Positions 36,296-42,199 of a DNA stretch of 42,199 bases are shown one piece after another. The position numbers and the translations under genes are program-made. The notes beneath the pieces are model-generated. The model did not search any database, was not told the DNA's origin, and was given only the letters and a program-made list of their open reading frames with translations. Numbering within the stretch: the first letter of the stretch is position 1; each line of letters starts with the position of its first letter. The stretch lies in IMG/VR virus record IMGVR_UViG_3300050331_000104, positions 1 to 42,199 of that record. One strand, written 5' to 3'. This DNA is from a virus (Duplodnaviria > Caudoviricetes).

Positions 36296-36891
36296 TCAAT
36301 CCACCTCTCAGTATATTTTTTGTCACCATATTTCCAGGACGTCACGAGTGTGCGACCGTAGGCATCGACGATATCTTCCCAACCTAAAATACTATTCACC
36401 ACCAGCCACTTCCGCTGCCGCTCACACTCAGCGAGTACATAGCCACACCTGAGCGGAGCACGATATCCGAACTCATCTTGAACGCGAGTGAGTCTCTGAC
36501 TCATAGGCAGGGATTCTTCCAGTGCCAGGCCTGCGTCATACCTTGCGCGGGTGCCAGTATTGCTCAGTATTTGGTAGGCTTCCTGGATCTGTAAGAACAT
36601 TTCGTTGGCGTTCTTGTCCCGGCACACGTCGGGATGCCACTGGCGAGCGAGACGGCGATATGCAGTGCGGAGGTCTTCATACTCCACGTCTTTGGTAACA
36701 CCCAGTATTCCGTAATAGGTGAGTGGGGTAGTATCGTCATCCAGTATCAGTCCACCTTGAAACCACGCACGCAGCACAGTCTCGGGGAAGATCACGGACC
36801 ACGATCCATTCATGAATCCGAGTGCGCTTCTCCCGCCCATGCTTCGCTCTTTTGTTCGTCCCAGGTAGCGGATGTCTAGCACTTCGAGCAT
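36292..36891 (-). CDS. J-domain (DnaJ-like) protein
   Basis: YYGILGV...LRTAYRRLARQWHPD...FLQIQEAYQILS....RARYD. Confidence 0.9.
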   Translation of the reverse strand: MLEVLDIRYLGRTKERSMGGRSALGFMNGSWSVIFPETVLRAWFQGGLILDDDTTPLTYYGILGVTKDVEYEDLRTAYRRLARQWHPDVCRDKNANEMFLQIQEAYQILSNTGTRARYDAGLALEESLPMSQRLTRVQDEFGYRAPLRCGYVLAECERQRKWLVVNSILGWEDIVDAYGRTLVTSWKYGDKKYTERWIE

Positions 36892-36986
36892 CGACCACAC
36901 TCCACGCACACGCGGTACACCTGGCCGCTGAGTGAGCGGGTGAGGTGGTAGGTTTCACGCTTGCATTTTTTACATAGATGTTTCAT
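36876..36986 (-). CDS. 36 aa zinc-ribbon peptide (not in the ORF track)
   Basis: MKHLCKKCKRETYH...VCVECGRCSKC*; same CxxC..T.H...CxxCG pattern as 35082-35270. Confidence 0.5.
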   Translation of the reverse strand: MKHLCKKCKRETYHLTRSLSGQVYRVCVECGRCSKC

Positions 36987-37260
36987 GTTTCACCCGTTTA
37001 CTGAGCACTGCCTGTAATGCTGCCTCACCGCGTTCACGCTTCTCTCTCCGCCATCTGCGGTAGTACGCTCGCCGTTCTTCACGATGCGCAAGGTAGTACT
37101 GCTTCTGATATTCAATGATTGCCTCACGATGTCGCTCGTAGTACTCCCGCTGCCGCTGTTGCACTGTCTCCAGGTTGCGCTCACGGTATGCCCGCTGGTG
37201 CGCGGCGTACTGCGCTTTGTTGCGCTCCCGGTATTCACGGTAGTAATTTGCATCACTCAT
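36970..37260 (-). CDS. Arg/Tyr/Glu-rich helical repeat protein (paralog of 32373-32654)
   Basis: YY..HRE repeats; ends RGEAALQAVLSK. Confidence 0.6.
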   Translation of the reverse strand: MSDANYYREYRERNKAQYAAHQRAYRERNLETVQQRQREYYERHREAIIEYQKQYYLAHREERRAYYRRWRREKRERGEAALQAVLSKRVKHETSM

Positions 37261-37583
37261 TGCGGCTTTGGTGGCAGACATTGGATATACAAAATAAAAT
37301 TTCCCTTGGCTTCAAGCTTTGTTGTATAGGCTAAATACTTGCGCGCCAAAGCTGGTGGCATATCTTTAGCTTCTTTCATGGAAAAGTTTTTTACTGCTGT
37401 CTGTGCCTTAATCATGTCTTTCTCGTTCGGGCAATACAACTTGATAATTTCACCGTCCTGCATCTTTCGAAGCTTAGCCCTCAACCATTCCCATTTAACG
37501 CTCAATCCTTCAATACGATCTTGGATTTCTACTGGAAATCCGTTAGCTTTCTCAACCTTATAACCATCTGGAATCTTATCCAT
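37257..37583 (-). CDS. Lys-rich hypothetical protein
   Basis: 108 aa, AGGAGA RBS, AT-rich. Confidence 0.6.
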   Translation of the reverse strand: MDKIPDGYKVEKANGFPVEIQDRIEGLSVKWEWLRAKLRKMQDGEIIKLYCPNEKDMIKAQTAVKNFSMKEAKDMPPALARKYLAYTTKLEAKGNFILYIQCLPPKPQ

Positions 37584-37651
37584 TACTGTTCTCCTATTCT
37601 TTCCGTAATGATTGTCCTTATATTAAATTTGCCGGCGCACTGTGCACCTAT

Positions 37652-37815
37652 TAGGGCGGCCAGGATTTGAACCTGGTTTGGAGAGCTTTTGTAGGTCACG
37701 CCTATTTTTTCCCAGAGTCTCGCTTACTGCACGCTAACCCAAGGACCGCTCAGTACCCAGGACCCCTCTCCGCAATACCTGGTTTCGGCACGTGTTCCCA
37801 CCACGCCGCCGCCCG
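37652..37815 (-). ncRNA. tRNA-like structured RNA (acceptor, D and T arms, with a large insert instead of an anticodon arm)
   Basis: GGGCGG/CCGCCC acceptor, GCGTG-GTGGGAA-CACGT D-like arm, CCAGG-TTCAAAT-CCTGG T arm, GGAGAG/CTCTCC closing an internal domain. Confidence 0.55.
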
Positions 37816-37921
37816 ACACTCACTGCATCAACGACCAGCCCCAGGCCATATAGCCAGCAAACAGGGTTAGGGCTAAGATCTTGAAGATATCGAACAGGAC
37901 TTCGAGGAAGTTTTTCATCAA

Positions 37922-38188
37922 TTACTTCCTCCCCTTCGCATGCTTGCTGGGCTTCCATCCAGCCACAACCTTGCTGCGCTCGATCTGGTTGCCAGCCGTG
38001 CGGATCTGTAAAGCCAGATCACGGGCCTGCTTGACGGTGAGTAACACTTCCTCACCATTGACAATCAACTCAACCACCGAGAGATCAAAGTTTGGCTTGA
38101 CCGATGCGCCTTGCAGGGTACTATGACGCCGAGGGTCTCGCTCTTGGATTTTCGCAATGTCATCCACTGATATGATTTTTTCTTCCAT
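37922..38188 (-). CDS. Hypothetical protein
   Basis: 88 aa with GGAGGA RBS. Confidence 0.6.
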   Translation of the reverse strand: MEEKIISVDDIAKIQERDPRRHSTLQGASVKPNFDLSVVELIVNGEEVLLTVKQARDLALQIRTAGNQIERSKVVAGWKPSKHAKGRK

Positions 38189-38203
38189 CTCACTATTCCT
38201 CCA

Positions 38204-38950
38204 CTACAAATATCGTCCTCTGCACTGGCTCCAAAAGTCACAATACGCCGGATTGCACTTCCACCCCGTAGGATTGAGCGGGAAGGATTCTTTCTCGATT
38301 GCCTCCCACACCCGCCGGATCAGATCAAACAGGAAGAAGATCTCCTTCATGTTGTGGGTATTTTCGAACACATCCATCTTAGGCGTCTTGGTCTTGACGA
38401 TCACGTAATGGCGGAACTTACCATCCTTGATCGTCTCACCGGCCTGGTTGAGAGCGGCCAGATAAAACAGCGGCTGCAGCTCGTCGGCTGCTCTCCCATT
38501 GGTCCAGCTCTTGGCGCTGGTCTTGAAGTCGCCGGGGATCCCATCCGCCGCAATGATGTCGATATACCCCACAATCGGGATCGGCACACCCGGCACGCGC
38601 AGCTCCACCTTGCGCTCGATCTGCTTTGCCTTGATCACGGCGATCTGCCCGGCGATTGCCTTATCGCTCAGTATGCGGACGCCTTCGTTGAAATGCGTCT
38701 CGGGATTGTCCATTCCCCACAGCACATTCCCGCCTTCCTTCTCCATCTGCCCGGCCCATTTCTCAGACCATATACTGAGCAGATCCCCGCCCACCTGGAC
38801 GTACTGTTCGACTGTGTTGTGGATTGCCGACCCGAATACCAGCGCGGGCGAGCTCACCGTGGGTTCCTTCGCGATGTACTTCCGTCGCCAGGATTCGGGG
38901 CAGGCCAGGTACATCGAAATAGATGAGTAAGAGAGATGGTCAAGCTCCAC
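38204..38950 (-). CDS. PD-(D/E)xK RecB/AddB/Cas4-like exonuclease
   Basis: LSYSS...Y..CP, G...H...E, G.ID, DFKT, Q...Y and C-terminal C....C.....C (possible Fe-S ligands); GTG start at 38950. Confidence 0.85.
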   Translation of the reverse strand: MELDHLSYSSISMYLACPESWRRKYIAKEPTVSSPALVFGSAIHNTVEQYVQVGGDLLSIWSEKWAGQMEKEGGNVLWGMDNPETHFNEGVRILSDKAIAGQIAVIKAKQIERKVELRVPGVPIPIVGYIDIIAADGIPGDFKTSAKSWTNGRAADELQPLFYLAALNQAGETIKDGKFRHYVIVKTKTPKMDVFENTHNMKEIFFLFDLIRRVWEAIEKESFPLNPTGWKCNPAYCDFWSQCRGRYL

Positions 38951-39854
38951 GGATTGCCTCCAGTAACGCTGCCACGATCTGTACTTCCTCATCCGTGCCA
39001 GGAATTGCACCGGCATTGGCCTCGATGATGGCGTCTGCGCCGTACTTTTCCATGAGTTCATTGAGTGTCACACCCCACACTTGAGCGGTAATGTACTCCG
39101 GTGGTGTCGCTTGCTCAAACGCTGGTGCCTCAGTCGTCACAACCGGGGGAGTATAAGAACGCTCACTGTCTCCCGAAGATAGCCAGTCAATTACCGGATT
39201 CATAAACTCAGGCCCGGGTTTCTCGAAGCTCTTATCCGCCACTGCCGAGCAGCGTGACTTACTGACCGTGAACATGTGCGCCCAGTCCATGTCACCCAGG
39301 ATGTCGAACTCATACTCCATTCCAGGTCGTTGAATCGGGGACATACCGACTTTACGAATGACAGTCCGCCCGTTCGAGTCGGTCTCTTGCACATACTCAA
39401 TCCGACTGCGCATGGTGGTAATCACATGGCACGGAGCCTGCAAAATAGCATCCACCATCCGGTTATGAATCGGGGTAACGTGCCGCCATGCTGACCAGCT
39501 CTCGCCGTACTTCTGCTTGATCTCCAATGCGCCGCCCGTTCCTTCCCACGCGTGACTTAATGAGTCAATGATCAGGACCGCATACCCCATTTTGCCAGCT
39601 GCCACAATCGCTTCGGTGTATTTCTCCGGGCTGAACTGGGTGAGCTCCAGTACATCGAACTCCCACGGGATCCCATCCGGGGATTCGCCCACATACTTGG
39701 ATGCACTGCCCCGCTCAGTATCGATGAAGGCGATCTTCCCACCCCTGGCCAGGGCGTGCGCAAAACGTAAAGCGGTGTAAGTCTTGCCGCTCCCCGCCGG
39801 GCCATCGATGGTCATCCGTAACTTGCTCTGTAGTCTGGTTGCTTTCTTAAACAT
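38940..39854 (-). CDS. AAA_24 / Sak4-like ATPase (phage recombinase)
   Basis: GPAGSGKT, IDTERGS, IIDSLSH.W.G.GG and QR.G.EYEFD. Confidence 0.88.
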   Translation of the reverse strand: MFKKATRLQSKLRMTIDGPAGSGKTYTALRFAHALARGGKIAFIDTERGSASKYVGESPDGIPWEFDVLELTQFSPEKYTEAIVAAGKMGYAVLIIDSLSHAWEGTGGALEIKQKYGESWSAWRHVTPIHNRMVDAILQAPCHVITTMRSRIEYVQETDSNGRTVIRKVGMSPIQRPGMEYEFDILGDMDWAHMFTVSKSRCSAVADKSFEKPGPEFMNPVIDWLSSGDSERSYTPPVVTTEAPAFEQATPPEYITAQVWGVTLNELMEKYGADAIIEANAGAIPGTDEEVQIVAALLEAIRGA

Positions 39855-40614
39855 TCCTATTCTCCTTTTCCAAAATCTTCAACACGGTCTCGCCCGTATC
39901 ATTCGCCCAGATACTCATGTACTGGGTTGCTTCTAATCCGAGCACGTTCCGCACTCGCCGCTGGATTGCCTTCCCTACTGGACAATCAACCTCCGGGTCA
40001 GTCAACCCGGCCAGTGCAAACCCCGCTGATCCTGCCCAGGTCATCAATTCAACAGCCCGATCGGGTCCAATTCCGGGTAACGCTGCCAGCAGTGCAGTCG
40101 CTGGACCTAACATAATTCCCGGTCGGGGAGGTAGGATCTTCTGGTATGCCTCATCCCGGCGACGATCAGCGAGGCGGACGATCATCTGCTCGAAGTCCAT
40201 CTCTGCGCACTGGACTACAAAGACTCCCATCTCTTGTATACTGAGCAGCGCACCCTGGACCGCCGAGTATGCCCAGCCGGTTGTGCCCCGGTCAGTCACC
40301 ACTTTGCCATTAGGTCCATTGCGCAGCTCGCCAGTGATCACCAGGTAAGGCCAGGACATGAGAGGCATGCCTAACATTTGCTGGTCGATTCTCTGCTCAG
40401 TAATCTTGGTCATCTGGGGGAATAGGCGTTCATCTTTGAGTGAGTTCAATAGGTCATCAGCAGTTTTGCGTTCGACAATCAGAGTGTGCCCATCGTCCGT
40501 GACTACCTGCACATCCCCGGCTTCCAGCTCTGCCACTGCTTTAGGCACGCCGCCGAAGTTCAGGCTCTGTACCCAGGCGGGTTCACGGGAGTCGATGATT
40601 ACAGCACTGATCAC
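39847..40614 (-). CDS. ERCC4/XPF-family structure-specific nuclease with an HhH motif
   Basis: IIDSRE, L..GD, VERKT..DL..S..D.RL..Q and LPGIGP; GTG start at 40614. Confidence 0.85.
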   Translation of the reverse strand: MISAVIIDSREPAWVQSLNFGGVPKAVAELEAGDVQVVTDDGHTLIVERKTADDLLNSLKDERLFPQMTKITEQRIDQQMLGMPLMSWPYLVITGELRNGPNGKVVTDRGTTGWAYSAVQGALLSIQEMGVFVVQCAEMDFEQMIVRLADRRRDEAYQKILPPRPGIMLGPATALLAALPGIGPDRAVELMTWAGSAGFALAGLTDPEVDCPVGKAIQRRVRNVLGLEATQYMSIWANDTGETVLKILEKENRNV

Positions 40615-40784
40615 AGCGCGCCTTCTTGTGTGTTCGTAAAGATGCACAGCATCCAGAACACGAACAGGAATACCCCGATTGCAGACAGCACCGACCATAC
40701 CGGGGCAATACGCATTACAACCAATCCGGTAGTAACAGAAAACAACAATGCAATGATCGAGAATACTTTTGCTTTGTAGCTCAT
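40611..40784 (-). CDS. 57 aa two-helix membrane protein
   Basis: ATG at 40784 with GGAGGG RBS; two hydrophobic helices. Confidence 0.6.
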   Translation of the reverse strand: MSYKAKVFSIIALLFSVTTGLVVMRIAPVWSVLSAIGVFLFVFWMLCIFTNTQEGAL

Positions 40785-40963
40785 GGTGCCCTCCGAGAGT
40801 TTAGACAATTTGGGGTGTGCAGTTTTATCAGTCGGCAACAATAAGAACTGCACACCCATTCCAAAGGAGAGTGAGGGAGCATCCCCCACCTGGGAGAAGT
40901 CAAGGCTAGTTGGGGAGTGTTGCCTCAACTTCTCCCAGGTGAGCACAAACCCGGAGGCTTGTG
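40783..40963. other. Intergenic cluster of long stem-loops (structured RNA or processing sites)
   Basis: 12 bp stem 40813-40824/40846-40857; 14 bp stem 40887-40900/40928-40941; weaker stem 40944-40963. Confidence 0.6.
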
Positions 40964-40981
40964 TCACCCACACTCAGGTTG

Positions 40982-41152
40982 TTAAGCTCCGAATATCAGT
41001 TCCCGGTATTCGTCATCTGTGAGGAAATAATTATTCTCGTCATCGAACTCGCCCATGTATTCCCGCCAGCACATCTCAAAGAACAGCCGGTCCGCTTCTC
41101 GGTCGGGGATTACATCTTCTGGCGCAGGGGGAAGGATCACTTCGATCTCCAT
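40982..41152 (-). CDS. 56 aa very acidic protein (not in the ORF track)
   Basis: MEIEVILPPAPEDVIPDREADRLFFEMCWREYMGEFDDENNYFLTDDEYRELIFGA*; TAATG coupling with the upstream gene. Confidence 0.55.
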   Translation of the reverse strand: MEIEVILPPAPEDVIPDREADRLFFEMCWREYMGEFDDENNYFLTDDEYRELIFGA

Positions 41153-41871
41153 TACTTGATCTCCCCGGCCAGCATCTCCAGGATCTCCGGGCTATCAACC
41201 GTATAGTGCTTGCTGATCACCGGCTGGTTCGCCATCAGGGGGGCCAGGATCGTACGTGCCTTGTCCAGATCCCCACCCGTCTGGCGCATCGCATTGGTCA
41301 CAAACGCCTTGGCGAACTTCAGCGCCGTATCCTTCTCGGGATTGTGACCGTTGCCATTGCTGGGCGCAGCTGCTACCGGGGTAGGTGCCACAGGATTGTC
41401 TCCGTTCATCGCTGCCAGGCATGCTTCACGCGTGTCATACACGGCGAGGAATTTCACGGCGGTCAGTTTCTTTTCCTGACCATCTTTCTTGCTGACGTAG
41501 GTTCCGTTTGGCACCAGTTCAATGCGGGCATACTTGCCACCCAGCACGCTTGCGTCCAGAACGCCAATGTCGCGCAGGCTGGGCAGGGTTACGTCTTTCC
41601 ATTCGCCAAACTCAGCTACCATCTGGCGCTCAACCAGATACTGCATTCCCGATTCAACCAGGGGTGTAATCTTGAGATCGATTGCCGCATACTTGCGGGG
41701 TTGATTGCCGGTTTTCGGGTCGATGGTACGCTCATCCCAGGGCTGTTTGCCATCAGGGGTGAGCATGCTCCACCATGAATTGATTGACACTTCGCCAAAT
41801 GCCTCGAAAGTTTGTTCGGGAGGGTTATTCGCCACATCCCACGGATTTGTTGCGGGTTGGTAAGCCATCAT
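41152..41871 (-). CDS. Hypothetical early protein, possibly ssDNA-binding
   Basis: ATG at 41871 or 41868 with AAGGAG RBS; beta-rich N-terminal domain; next to the recombination module. The function is inference. Confidence 0.5.
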   Translation of the reverse strand: MMAYQPATNPWDVANNPPEQTFEAFGEVSINSWWSMLTPDGKQPWDERTIDPKTGNQPRKYAAIDLKITPLVESGMQYLVERQMVAEFGEWKDVTLPSLRDIGVLDASVLGGKYARIELVPNGTYVSKKDGQEKKLTAVKFLAVYDTREACLAAMNGDNPVAPTPVAAAPSNGNGHNPEKDTALKFAKAFVTNAMRQTGGDLDKARTILAPLMANQPVISKHYTVDSPEILEMLAGEIK

Positions 41872-41884
41872 ATTCTCCTTGTGT

Positions 41885-42199
41885 CTAATAATCTTTAGGT
41901 CGTCGCGCGGGCGCTTCAGGATCATGCCGCGCACTGCTCAGGTAGTTCGCTAACTTGTCTATTCGCTCAGTAAAATAATTGTCTACTGCCTCCTGTCGTT
42001 GTTTCTCGATTTCCCTACGGATGCGAAGATCAGCAATCACAGCCAGCGAATCTTCCATCCTCGCCATCTCGTGCCGCTGCCCCAGGTTGGTGCCCGGGTT
42101 CTGCTGCTTCAGGATTACATTCTCACCCGACAGGCGGCCAATCATAAACATGGCCACGGCCAGGGCGATCACACTCACAATTCCCAGCGCGGTTTCCAT
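41885..42199 (-). CDS. Membrane-anchored coiled-coil hypothetical protein
   Basis: N-terminal hydrophobic helix; ATG lies at the window edge. Confidence 0.55.
   Translation of the reverse strand: METALGIVSVIALAVAMFMIGRLSGENVILKQQNPGTNLGQRHEMARMEDSLAVIADLRIRREIEKQRQEAVDNYFTERIDKLANYLSSARHDPEAPARRPKDY

Larger units (their letters stand above)
753..42199. mobile_element. Temperate prophage, podovirus-like gene set, right end outside the window
   Basis: Integrase directly 3' of a tRNA, followed by a co-oriented array with terminase, portal, scaffold, major capsid, tail, lysis, replication and recombination genes. Confidence 0.93.

Noticed and set aside
37734-37958. 74 aa minus-strand ORF
   Set aside because: It overlaps the upstream gene and the tRNA-like structure and has no protein motifs; the RNA interpretation fits better.
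38204-38950. Cas4-like nuclease as evidence of a CRISPR-Cas system
   Set aside because: I saw no repeat-spacer array or other cas genes; the gene sits in a standard phage recombination module.
40785-40973. N-terminal extension of the 40611-40973 ORF
   Set aside because: The extension runs through the hairpin cluster, and a good RBS precedes the ATG at 40784.
1813-41778. Many + strand ORFs in the track (e.g. 10285-11202, 14643-15317, 16840-17442, 19009-19677)
   Set aside because: They are antisense shadows of well-supported, tightly coupled minus-strand genes and show no recognisable motifs.
844-42199. Stop-codon reassignment
   Set aside because: Genes are full length and densely packed under the standard bacterial code, and TAA, TAG and TGA are all used as stops.
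2199-42199. Apparent abundance of GATC and CCWGG sites
   Set aside because: This is an impression only; I could not count them reliably against a background model.

Overview
Almost the whole window (about 753 to the window end) is one temperate prophage inserted at the 3' end of a tRNA-Arg(CCG). An MT-A70-family methyltransferase gene, probably host, lies upstream. The tyrosine integrase is on the + strand. Everything else is one tightly packed - strand gene array. In transcription order it runs: early recombination genes (ERCC4 nuclease, Sak4-like AAA ATPase, RecB/Cas4-like exonuclease); accessory genes (J-domain, Lar-like, HExxH protein, Dam-like methyltransferase); replication (vWA, VapE-like ATPase, candidate palindromic origin, Prim-Pol); holin, terminase and portal; a phosphoesterase and a lysin; a ~2,330 aa probable ejection protein; scaffold and major capsid; and podovirus-like tail genes. 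The repressor and far attachment site are not in the window. The most unusual signals are in the DNA rather than the proteins. (1) The octamer GCTCAGTA/TACTGAGC occurs 46 times by my hand count, against about 1.3 expected, mostly inside genes and in every reading phase that avoids a stop codon. (2) A ~160 nt tRNA-elbow-like RNA lacks an anticodon arm. (3) TGCCATTAATGGCA palindromes cluster around an unannotated small gene. (4) A ~100 bp inverted repeat sits between the helicase-like and primase genes. (5) A 50 bp late promoter/operator is duplicated. All calls come from reading motifs by eye; no database searches were run.
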